64,000 bases of DNA, from the IMG/VR virus record IMGVR_UViG_2974564184_000001, positions 64,977-128,976 of that record; one strand, written 5' to 3'. The stretch comes from a virus. Taxonomy: Duplodnaviria; Heunggongvirae; Uroviricota; Caudoviricetes. Below the pieces are notes generated by a model, which saw only the letters and a program-made list of their open reading frames with translations, had not been told where the DNA came from and did no database searches. The translations under genes were made by a program, and so were the position numbers. The first letter of the stretch is position 1; each line of letters starts with the position of its first letter. Below, one piece after another: positions 9,216-17,568 of the stretch.

Positions 9216-9677
9216 ATGAAATTTAGACCAACGACAGAGATTGATCTGGCTGGACATAACTTCGAAATCACCCACTGGTCTCCGACCAAGGTAATGAAGA
9301 ACCTGCCAAAGATCGGTCGCTACGTAGCAGTTCCGATGGCAACCATCGGTGGCTCCATCATGAATGGTGGACAAAACCTCTCAGAAGCATTACCAACCGC
9401 GATTCTTTATCTGTTCGAACAGATGGAAGAAGACGACCTGAACAAGCTGTTTGAACTCATCCTTGAAGATGTGATTGTGGACAGTGTTGGCAAGGTAGAC
9501 ATCGACGGTATTTTCCAGGACAAAGTTTTCGACCTGATCAAACTGGTCACCAAAGTTCTGGAGATTAACTACGGATGTTTTTTCACGAAGGGCGGTTTCG
9601 GAGACCTCAAAGGACTCATGGGCAAACTGGGGATGGTTCATCAGGTGAACGTGATGGATCAGGAACCGACGGAGTAA
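9216..9677 (+). CDS. Tail assembly chaperone (gpG-like)
   Basis: 153 aa between tube and tape measure genes. Confidence 0.8.
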   Translation: MKFRPTTEIDLAGHNFEITHWSPTKVMKNLPKIGRYVAVPMATIGGSIMNGGQNLSEALPTAILYLFEQMEEDDLNKLFELILEDVIVDSVGKVDIDGIFQDKVFDLIKLVTKVLEINYGCFFTKGGFGDLKGLMGKLGMVHQVNVMDQEPTE

Positions 9678-9949
9678 CACCGCCGAAAATCTCCAAAGTT
9701 GTCCAGAGAGCTATTGACTACGCAAGAGCCAATAGCTCGTTATCCTGGTTCGACTACCTGTGGTGCAGAGCGTTAAAACAATTCAAAGGTGAGAACTTCC
9801 GCTCCCTTGAAAGCGCAGACATGGCATACCTCCTGAAACTGAACGAGTACCTTGATGTTGAAGACTTCATCAACGATGTGAGTGAGAAAGATCAAGAGTC
9901 CACAGCGAAGGCACAAGCCGCTGCTTCACGTACAGGCAGAAGAGGTTAA
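9575..9949 (+). CDS. Tail assembly chaperone -1 frameshift extension (gpT-like)
   Basis: Overlapping -1 frame opens after TAA 9566-9568; in-frame slippery heptamer T TTT TTC at 9578-9584. Confidence 0.7.
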   Translation: MFFHEGRFRRPQRTHGQTGDGSSGERDGSGTDGVTPPKISKVVQRAIDYARANSSLSWFDYLWCRALKQFKGENFRSLESADMAYLLKLNEYLDVEDFINDVSEKDQESTAKAQAAASRTGRRG

Positions 9950-9953
9950 TCTC

Positions 9954-9990
9954 AAGCCAGGTTCCTTTTCGGGAGCCTGGCTTTTTTATT
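9954..9990 (+). terminator. Rho-independent terminator
   Basis: AAGCCAGGTTCC...GGGAGCCTGGCTT plus T-run. Confidence 0.75.
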
Positions 9991-10002
9991 GAGAGGAATT
10001 CA

Positions 10003-12393
10003 ATGGCAGGCAATATCATTGTAACCACTACTGTCAACAAAGTAACGTGGCAGGTAGACAAAACAGCATACGGTAAAGCACTAAAGCAAGTCAAGTCTCT
10101 CAAGAAAGAGTGGGAGAAAGTCGGCTCAGGCGTTACCAAAAGAAACAACCCAGCAGAGAAGATCCTGTCTGCTGCTCAACAGGCTAAATTGGTCACGAAA
10201 CGTCTTGCTCAGACAGAACGTGCAGAACAGGCCAAGAGCACCGCACACGCAATTGCAATGGCAAAGAAGGAAGCCAATGCTCGTGCAGCGATCTCTAAGC
10301 GTGAAAGTGCTCGTCGTAAGCAAGTGGTAGGCAATCTAACCAATAGCCGTACACCCGAAGGTAAAGCAGAATACAATAACCTCCGTGATTGGTACAAGTC
10401 TCTTCAAAAAGAGCATGGCCCAGACAGAACCAACGGAGCACCTCGTAAGCCGATCACAATGAACTCTCCTGCTGGATACACACCATCAGGTCAAAGTCAC
10501 TTCGGTAAGCCAGGTCAAACGTCAGATCCTAACGGAGATATCACGGGTCGTCAAGTCGATGCCATGAACCGTGGTCACCGTCAGATGGAGAAAGAACGTC
10601 AGGCGGAAGAAGCACGTCAGGCCAAGAGCAACAAGAACGTTGAAAAAGAACGTGCGAGAGCTAAGGCAAAACGTGATAAAGATGACCGTGCAGATGAAAA
10701 GGCATGGGCGAGACGTGAAGTCGTTGTAGGCAACGCACAGCGTCGTCTGGAAGCGGCCCTTGGGCCACAGTGGAGAAAGAAGACGAAAGGGTTTGACACC
10801 TTATCCGATTCCCTTAAACTGAACGCCGGGAGTATCTCTCAGTACAACAGCCAGATCGGACAGATGATCCGCCAGGCGAAAGCTGCGGCGGGTGAGAACG
10901 TCAATCTGGGCAATAGTATCAAAGGTCTGCGTAGCAGCCTGATTGGAGCTACTGCTGCCTACACTTCTTTCAGCGCGGCACAGAGTATCCTAAGCAACGG
11001 GCAGTTCTTTGAGAGTATGAACGCAACCATGTTGATGGTTTCCGACACTCAGCAGCAAGCTGGTGAGAAGATGGAGTTCGTTCAGAAACAAGCATATCGT
11101 CTTGGTTTGAGTCTGAAAGTTGCGTCTCAGGGATACACCCAGATGTCTGTCAACGCCAAAGGCGTTATCAGCGATAGCGATACAAACGCCCTGTTCAAAG
11201 GGCTGTCAGAATTCTCCACAGCATCCGGTGCTGACCCAGTAAAATACCAACGTGGTATCACCGCGATTGGTCAGATGTTGGGTAAAGGCCAGATCATGGC
11301 GGAAGAACTGAAAGGTCAGCTTGCAGAAGCACTTCCTGGTTCAATGCAGATCTTCGTTAAGGCGGCGCAGAAATACTTCAAGGACGACAAGATTGGTGTC
11401 CCTGAGTTGCAAGACCTGATGAAGAATGGTAAGCTGTTGGCGAAAGATATCCTTCCAGAGGTTGCGAAAGGTTTTGCTGAGATGGCCCGTAAGAACGGCG
11501 CATTGAATGCACAGCTTAAATCCAACCGTGTGGCACAGGAACGTCTGAGCCAGTCTTGGATGGTCTTCCAGAACGAACTCTTCAAGGGTGGGTTTGGTAA
11601 GGAGATGACACGCCTGTTCAACTCCTTAGCTGACATGCTTAACACAAATGGCCCGGTAGGTAAAGCGCTTGGTGAATTCGCAGGTGGGTTTGTGAAGTCA
11701 ATGCGTTACATCATTGATATCACTTATGACACCTTCTACCTGATCAACGCGATCATTACCAAGTTCATTCAAGATCTCGGATTCAAGAACGTTGAGATGA
11801 GTAAGGTCTGGAACTGGGCAGGAATGATTGTTGGTGCGCTCTTCTTTGTCAGTGCTTTGAAAAAGGTATTTGGCATTCTTACTAAAATTGCTGGACTTCG
11901 TGGTGCGATCACAGCTATCGGTGCTGCTATGGGAATGGGCGCAGGTGGTGACGCCGACGAAGACGGTGATGGGAAGAAGAAAAAGAAGAAGGGCAGTGGA
12001 GGAGGAGGAAAGTTCAAAGGGCTGATGAAGTGGACAGGGATCGGAGCAGCCGCTTGGGGGATTACGGATGCCATCGGAGAGATGACTGGACTTGGTTCAG
12101 TTGATGACTCTATCGATTGGTGGAAGAATGCCTTGGGTGGTGTTGGAGATTCTATTTCCAAAGCAGGTTCCAACCATGAACAAGATCGACTGAACTACCT
12201 CAAAACGAACAGCATCATGCCGACAGGTAACTCCCCAGGCTCTGGAGCCAGCACAACCCCAGAACCAGGTAAGGTACAAGTTGAGGTGACCACTAAACTC
12301 GACGAAGGAAAACTCAAAGACATCATCGACCAACAAATCGAAGTGTCTGCGATGGGCGACTACAACCTACTGGCGGGTTCTTTGCCATACTAA
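10003..12393 (+). CDS. Tape measure protein (796 aa)
   Basis: Helical Ala/Lys-rich; tape-measure core (ITAIGQMLGKGQIMAEELKGQLAEALPG); hydrophobic segments; position after chaperones. Confidence 0.9.
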   Translation: MAGNIIVTTTVNKVTWQVDKTAYGKALKQVKSLKKEWEKVGSGVTKRNNPAEKILSAAQQAKLVTKRLAQTERAEQAKSTAHAIAMAKKEANARAAISKRESARRKQVVGNLTNSRTPEGKAEYNNLRDWYKSLQKEHGPDRTNGAPRKPITMNSPAGYTPSGQSHFGKPGQTSDPNGDITGRQVDAMNRGHRQMEKERQAEEARQAKSNKNVEKERARAKAKRDKDDRADEKAWARREVVVGNAQRRLEAALGPQWRKKTKGFDTLSDSLKLNAGSISQYNSQIGQMIRQAKAAAGENVNLGNSIKGLRSSLIGATAAYTSFSAAQSILSNGQFFESMNATMLMVSDTQQQAGEKMEFVQKQAYRLGLSLKVASQGYTQMSVNAKGVISDSDTNALFKGLSEFSTASGADPVKYQRGITAIGQMLGKGQIMAEELKGQLAEALPGSMQIFVKAAQKYFKDDKIGVPELQDLMKNGKLLAKDILPEVAKGFAEMARKNGALNAQLKSNRVAQERLSQSWMVFQNELFKGGFGKEMTRLFNSLADMLNTNGPVGKALGEFAGGFVKSMRYIIDITYDTFYLINAIITKFIQDLGFKNVEMSKVWNWAGMIVGALFFVSALKKVFGILTKIAGLRGAITAIGAAMGMGAGGDADEDGDGKKKKKKGSGGGGKFKGLMKWTGIGAAAWGITDAIGEMTGLGSVDDSIDWWKNALGGVGDSISKAGSNHEQDRLNYLKTNSIMPTGNSPGSGASTTPEPGKVQVEVTTKLDEGKLKDIIDQQIEVSAMGDYNLLAGSLPY

Positions 12394-12395
12394 CC

Positions 12396-12419
12396 AAAAG
12401 GGGCTTCGGCCCCTTTTTT
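12396..12419 (+). terminator. Rho-independent terminator
   Basis: AAAAGGGGC-TTCG-GCCCCTTTTTT. Confidence 0.9.
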
Positions 12420-12420
12420 G

Positions 12421-12449
12421 TTGTCTTATTAAGGGTTTCATGATAAACT
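12421..12449 (+). promoter_or_regulatory. Sigma70-type promoter
   Basis: TTGTCT-N17-TAAACT with TG extended -10. Confidence 0.6.
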
Positions 12450-12481
12450 CTTAATGAACCATTTAGTTAGGAGATTCAAGA

Positions 12482-13363
12482 ATGGCAGACTATACAGCTA
12501 TGCAGGAGGCAATTAATAAGGTTGCCGCCGAAGAGAATATGAAGGTGTCAACCACAACACTGTCAGAAAAGACAAGCCCACTTTACAGTAAGCGTGACGA
12601 TGCCGTAAAAACAGCGAACAGTGTCACCTACACACTATTTGCCAGTGGGATCAACCACGGCGGTAGAGATGTTGAGTTGAAAAATAAAAACACATCCACT
12701 GACCTGGCGATTGTTTTTGACGTTGTTGATTCACACACCTATTCAAGAACCATTAGTAAAACACAATTTGCAACAGAAGACAAGGTTAGTTTTTCAGACC
12801 ATGCAGTGATCGAAGACGGAAAGTTCTCTTTCAATGCTCGTGTCAACAGCTCACCTATGTACCTGATTAAAAACAACCTTATCGACAAAGACACTGACAC
12901 CAGTAATCCCGTGCAAAGCAAGCGTCCTCAGAAGGCTCTGGATGCTCTTCGGGAGATCATCGACAAACGTCAAGTTGTGACCTTGGTGACCGAGGACATT
13001 ATCCTTGAGAACTACATCTGCACTTCGATGTCCGCAGAGCGTAGCAGTGAAGAGGGTGCCGCACTGGTATTCAATTTGGAATTCACAGAGTTTCGAACCT
13101 TCACCCTCGGGAAGACAGTCTTGGCTTCCAACTTTGGAGACGCAAAGAAATCGGGTAATAAGCAGAAGGGTGCTGTCAACTCATCTTCAACGGACAAGCA
13201 GCGAGCTACCTACGAGCAGAAATCCAATCTTCACACGGATGCCATCAAAGGTGTGGCTAAGTACCTTGGCTATGAGAACGAAACATCCTCTGTTGTGCAG
13301 ACTGGTACGTGGAACCCTGACACAGGTCAATACTACGATTCCAACGGCGACCCAATCAAATAA
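12482..13363 (+). CDS. Baseplate / tail tube initiator protein
   Basis: 293 aa after tape measure; FDVVDSHTYSRT...EDKVSFSDHAV...LVFNLEFTEFR pattern. Confidence 0.65.
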   Translation: MADYTAMQEAINKVAAEENMKVSTTTLSEKTSPLYSKRDDAVKTANSVTYTLFASGINHGGRDVELKNKNTSTDLAIVFDVVDSHTYSRTISKTQFATEDKVSFSDHAVIEDGKFSFNARVNSSPMYLIKNNLIDKDTDTSNPVQSKRPQKALDALREIIDKRQVVTLVTEDIILENYICTSMSAERSSEEGAALVFNLEFTEFRTFTLGKTVLASNFGDAKKSGNKQKGAVNSSSTDKQRATYEQKSNLHTDAIKGVAKYLGYENETSSVVQTGTWNPDTGQYYDSNGDPIK

Positions 13364-13372
13364 GGAACTGAG

Positions 13373-13723
13373 ATGGCTTATATCAGTTATACTTGGGATC
13401 TGGACGGATACCCAGACCAGACCATGCGTGTGGTCTTGGACAGCCAGACTTATGAAATGCGATTCCAGTGGAATGAGCGTGATGAGTCTTGGCTTGTCTA
13501 TTTCGGGGATGTGGGGTCAGACCCAACAATCTCATTCAAAATGACGGCCTTCGTGGACTTCTTCCAACCATACCAGTACCTCGACAACATTCCTTCTGGG
13601 AAGTTGATGGTGGTCTCGTACACGGAATACAAGAAGCGCGTAGGTAGATACAATATCGGATTCCTGTCTGACTTGCAACTTATGTATGTCAGCCCAGAAG
13701 ACGAAGACATCGAGGAGGAATAA
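13373..13723 (+). CDS. Small baseplate protein (116 aa)
   Basis: YPDQTMRVVLD...YEMRFQWNERDESW pattern seen before hub genes. Confidence 0.6.
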   Translation: MAYISYTWDLDGYPDQTMRVVLDSQTYEMRFQWNERDESWLVYFGDVGSDPTISFKMTAFVDFFQPYQYLDNIPSGKLMVVSYTEYKKRVGRYNIGFLSDLQLMYVSPEDEDIEEE

Positions 13724-14718
13724 TGGCGCAGTACAGAACCAGGACATTTAAACTCACGCTCGGTAAGCCCGTATACATTGGTTCTGCTGCGACAAACATC
13801 GCCTCGTACATCAATATGGGTGGTGAGAACAATGCTTACTATGTGAGCAATGAGACCGGAGCTGCCAACATCGAGTTCGAGGTCAAGAAGGACAACAGCA
13901 AAGAGCCGAATAAAGGCTATATCACATTATACAACCTGTCAGAAGACACAGTGAACTACCTCGATGCAAACCAACGAGAGTCGCTTGCGGTAGTCCTTGA
14001 AGCAGGTTATGATGGTGATAACCAAATCCTTTTCTCTGGCACGATTGAGTTCGTTCAAGACAAATGGGACGGCCCGACCCGTCAGACCAAGATGATCTTG
14101 GGTGACGCCACCCAGAACCTTATGACGGCAAAGACCTCGCGATCATACCGCAAGGGAACCTCCCTTGATACGGTTCTGAATGACTTGATCTCTGACCTTA
14201 AACTCCCAAGCGGGAAGATTGTCAAGTTTGGTGCTGAGACCACCCAACAGGCAATGGCTTTTTCTGGGAACGCAGCAACAAATCTTGCGAAGCTGGCAAA
14301 GAACACAGGGTCTACATTCAGTGTTCAAGACGGCGCGGTTTACTGGACAAAGCAAGGAAAAAGGTTGAAGCAGACGGTCTTCGAGATTAGTGTTGAATCA
14401 GGTATGCACGACTCTCCTACTGCCCAGAACCCAGAACCCGCAAAACGTCGCTTGGAGAAAAAGGCCAAGTCCAAGAAGAAGACAACCAAACCTCATGAGA
14501 AAACCGCTGCGGAAATCAAAGAGGATGCGGGGCTTGTTGTTGTGACGGCTTTAAATGGAGCAATCCTACCGGAGAGCACTATTTATTTGAAGAGCCTGAA
14601 ATACACAGGCTTCTATAAGGTTGTCTACTTGACTCACAAAGGGGAGCTGGAAGGGTCAAACTGGACAACGGAACTGGGGCTTTCAGAAACACGCGGTGGC
14701 GTGGTTGAGGAGGGTTAA
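13723..14718 (+). CDS. Baseplate hub protein
   Basis: 331 aa; IEFEVKK...ITLYNLS...LEAGY...LFSGTI pattern; precedes spike. Confidence 0.75.
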   Translation: MAQYRTRTFKLTLGKPVYIGSAATNIASYINMGGENNAYYVSNETGAANIEFEVKKDNSKEPNKGYITLYNLSEDTVNYLDANQRESLAVVLEAGYDGDNQILFSGTIEFVQDKWDGPTRQTKMILGDATQNLMTAKTSRSYRKGTSLDTVLNDLISDLKLPSGKIVKFGAETTQQAMAFSGNAATNLAKLAKNTGSTFSVQDGAVYWTKQGKRLKQTVFEISVESGMHDSPTAQNPEPAKRRLEKKAKSKKKTTKPHEKTAAEIKEDAGLVVVTALNGAILPESTIYLKSLKYTGFYKVVYLTHKGELEGSNWTTELGLSETRGGVVEEG

Positions 14719-15419
14719 TGGCAGCTATTCAAAGAATCGACGCAGCGCTGGGTCTGTTCGTAGACCGTGCGTTACGTGAAGTCCATACCAACATTCGTGC
14801 AAAAGTGGTTGATGTGGATGTTGGAATCCCTTCTGTAACGGTGCAGCCGATGGCCTCCACTGAATTCTCGGACGGGACAGTTGATGCTTACCCGGCAATG
14901 TTTGATGTGCCACTTTACATGCCTTCTGGGAATGGAGGCAAAGCACGTTTGACCATGCCTGTCAAGGCTGGAGACATTGTGGGGCTGACCTTCTCGGAAA
15001 GAAACGAAGGAGACAAGACTGACATGAACACCCACGGCCTGTTTGCAGGCTGGGCGATCAGTCAGATCTTTTCAGACAGCAATGCCACTCCAATAGACCC
15101 TGAAAATGTTGAGTTGTGGAATGACCAAGTTCATTTCAGTATGACCCCGGAAGGGGATTATACACTGACCGGGCCAAAAGGAACTATGAAGATCGACAAG
15201 GCAGGTGTCTGGTCTTTCGACAACGGAGCTGCCAAGTTCACTGCTCAGGAAGATGGGAACTTCGATATGAATGGAGCCAAGGTCACACCTGACGGAAACG
15301 TCATTACGAAGAGCGGCACAAACTTGGACGAGTTCTATGCTTGGTTCCAACGTCACGGTCACAACTACACATGGACAGCAGGTGGTGGTTCCAACGTCAC
15401 TCCGGCACCAAACGCATAA
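14718..15419 (+). CDS. Central baseplate spike (phi92 gp138-like)
   Basis: OB-fold-type N-terminus (VTVQPM...DVPL...PVKAGDIVGLTF); C-terminal HxH metal-binding tip (RHGHNY). Confidence 0.85.
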   Translation: MAAIQRIDAALGLFVDRALREVHTNIRAKVVDVDVGIPSVTVQPMASTEFSDGTVDAYPAMFDVPLYMPSGNGGKARLTMPVKAGDIVGLTFSERNEGDKTDMNTHGLFAGWAISQIFSDSNATPIDPENVELWNDQVHFSMTPEGDYTLTGPKGTMKIDKAGVWSFDNGAAKFTAQEDGNFDMNGAKVTPDGNVITKSGTNLDEFYAWFQRHGHNYTWTAGGGSNVTPAPNA

Positions 15420-15428
15420 GGAGACTAC

Positions 15429-15962
15429 ATGTCTACATTCTATGGTGACTTCTTGCTTGACCCTGTAACGGGAGACTTAGATGTCTCCCAAGGGTTGCAG
15501 ATTATCGACTCAAACCAGATTAGCTTGCGACAGAGGCTTTGGCTTCGTTTCAATATCTGGCAGGGAGATTGGTACTTTGATACCACGATTGGCTTCCCAT
15601 ACAGATCGTACCTCGGTCAAAAAGTAATGAAAACCATCCTCGATAACAAAATCAAGGAAATCTCACGTCTCGAATCGGATGTGTTGGCGATCAACAACTT
15701 TGAGTCCGTCATGGACAGGGCGGGACGTTCATACGAAGCCTACTTCGAGGTGCTGACACAGGAGCAAGATATTGTTCGTATTGCCTTTGTAGGGTCAGAA
15801 GACTACGCCTACCCAATTCCAGATGATGCAAGCTCTCCAGCTTCTCTTTGTGGCGAGGATGGTTGGGTTTCATGGTCTAACAAGCTATACTACCTGGTCA
15901 ACTTCCGTCTACCTCGCCCTGGTGATTCTACATGGATCAACACTTGGACTGGCAACCCCTAA
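15429..15962 (+). CDS. Baseplate wedge protein (gp25/DUF2634-like)
   Basis: DFLLDPVTGDL...LRQRLWLRF...WYFDTTIGFPY pattern. Confidence 0.75.
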   Translation: MSTFYGDFLLDPVTGDLDVSQGLQIIDSNQISLRQRLWLRFNIWQGDWYFDTTIGFPYRSYLGQKVMKTILDNKIKEISRLESDVLAINNFESVMDRAGRSYEAYFEVLTQEQDIVRIAFVGSEDYAYPIPDDASSPASLCGEDGWVSWSNKLYYLVNFRLPRPGDSTWINTWTGNP

Positions 15963-15966
15963 CCTC

Positions 15967-15990
15967 AAACCCGCTTCGGCGGGTTTTCTT
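15967..15990 (+). terminator. Rho-independent terminator
   Basis: AAACCCGC-TTCG-GCGGGTTTT. Confidence 0.8.
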
Positions 15991-16017
15991 GCAAATCAAT
16001 ACCCTGTATGATAAAAT
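15989..16017 (+). promoter_or_regulatory. Sigma70-type promoter for the baseplate-cellulase-fibre operon
   Basis: TTGCAA-N17-TAAAAT with TG extended -10. Confidence 0.7.
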
Positions 16018-16058
16018 AGCAACATGTTATTAATGTCTAAATTCAATAGGAGGCTCAG

Positions 16059-17558
16059 GTGGCCGACCAGAAAACATTCGGGTTAAACGACTACGGTTTC
16101 ACCGTGCCGTCCCTGGACACACTGATTGCAGAAACAAAAGAATCTCTGATCGCCATCTTTGGCGAGACCTTCAACACACAATCCAACTCCATCGTCGATA
16201 AACTGACAACGATCCTGAACGAACGTGAATATCAACTCATCCTTCTGGGACAGGCGATCTACGCTTCTGGGACACTGGCAGGTGCCGAAGGCATTTACCT
16301 TGATGAATTGCTGGGCCGTCGTGGTGTTTACCGCCGTGGTAAAACGAAGAGCACAGGTTCAATTGAGATGGCTGTCAACGCAACCGTCCCTTACAACCTT
16401 ATTTATACTCCAGACTCATTCACCGTTGACAATGGTACGTTCATCCTGACGGGAAACACGACCGTTGCGGGGAGTCTGATTGCACAGCAGATTTTAAACT
16501 CTGATCTGGTTCTTGGTAAATACACGTTCCAAGTCCTGAGTTCTGCTGACAACTCAATGAAGTCAATGAGTGTTACCCTTCGAAACAAGACCCCGGGTTC
16601 AACAGAGCTTAACACGTTCCTTTATTCGATCAAGGACTTTATCGTAACCAACACCACAGATTTGAACGCAGATCTGATTTATGTTGACTCCGCCGCAGGC
16701 GCACTGTACATTGGATACAACTCGACGAAAGAGCTTATCGGGCTTAACAGTCGCATCGACTTCCGTTCTTCTCCTATTGCTGGTACACGTACCTTGCAGT
16801 TCGAAGTTGTGGCAGTAGAAGCGGGTGTTCTCACAAGAGAAGCCAATACAGTGACGCAGATTTCTCCGACACCGAGCGGATTCATCTCTCTGAACAACAT
16901 GACCTCGTTTGCTGATGGTGCGGACGTGGAGACGGACAACGAATACAAAATTCGTGCGATGTCAATCACATCTGAGGCTTCCAAAGCAACACGTCCTGCT
17001 GTAATCTCCGCCCTTCTGGGTGTTGAAGGTGTTCAGAAAGTCAAGATCTTCGCCAACAACACAGATCAGCGCGACCAGTACGGTGTTCCAGCCTACAAAT
17101 TCGAGCCAGTTGTGTATGGTGGTGTAACGGAGCAGATCAGCCAGGCACTGTACAACACAATTGCTTTGTCCAATGGGACATACGGTAACACGTTCTACGA
17201 TATCACCACTGAGGATGATACTGTCGAGCGAATCTACCATAGCAAGGCGTCGTCCACGAGCTACAACGTACTGATCCGTTACCAAGGTAAGGTTCTCTCC
17301 TCAACCGAGCAGGATACTATCCGTCGTGCGATCAAGTTGATGACTGACGGTTTGACAATTGCAGATACCCTTTACAACATCCAGCTAATCGCTGCGGTTG
17401 CCGGGGCGGTATCAGCAGGTCGATTCACTCAGCTTACGGCTGCTGTGAAGAAGGCCAGCGAACCAACGTCCGCTTACACCTCTTCCGACGTAGTGTTGGG
17501 AATGCGTGAAGTGTTTGCTCTGGACACAGCGAACATCTTGTTCCAACAAATCACTTAA
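16059..17558 (+). CDS. Baseplate J-like wedge protein (499 aa, GTG start)
   Basis: AEGIYLDELLGRRGVYR, GADVETDNEYKIR, VEGVQKVKIFANNT motifs; SD GGAGG. Confidence 0.9.
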   Translation: MADQKTFGLNDYGFTVPSLDTLIAETKESLIAIFGETFNTQSNSIVDKLTTILNEREYQLILLGQAIYASGTLAGAEGIYLDELLGRRGVYRRGKTKSTGSIEMAVNATVPYNLIYTPDSFTVDNGTFILTGNTTVAGSLIAQQILNSDLVLGKYTFQVLSSADNSMKSMSVTLRNKTPGSTELNTFLYSIKDFIVTNTTDLNADLIYVDSAAGALYIGYNSTKELIGLNSRIDFRSSPIAGTRTLQFEVVAVEAGVLTREANTVTQISPTPSGFISLNNMTSFADGADVETDNEYKIRAMSITSEASKATRPAVISALLGVEGVQKVKIFANNTDQRDQYGVPAYKFEPVVYGGVTEQISQALYNTIALSNGTYGNTFYDITTEDDTVERIYHSKASSTSYNVLIRYQGKVLSSTEQDTIRRAIKLMTDGLTIADTLYNIQLIAAVAGAVSAGRFTQLTAAVKKASEPTSAYTSSDVVLGMREVFALDTANILFQQIT

Positions 17559-17568
17559 TGAGGGAAGC

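Noticed and set aside
17506-17568. ORF-track start of the wedge-GH5 gene at 17506
   Set aside because: Overlaps baseplate J; ATG 17569 has an SD and follows the J stop
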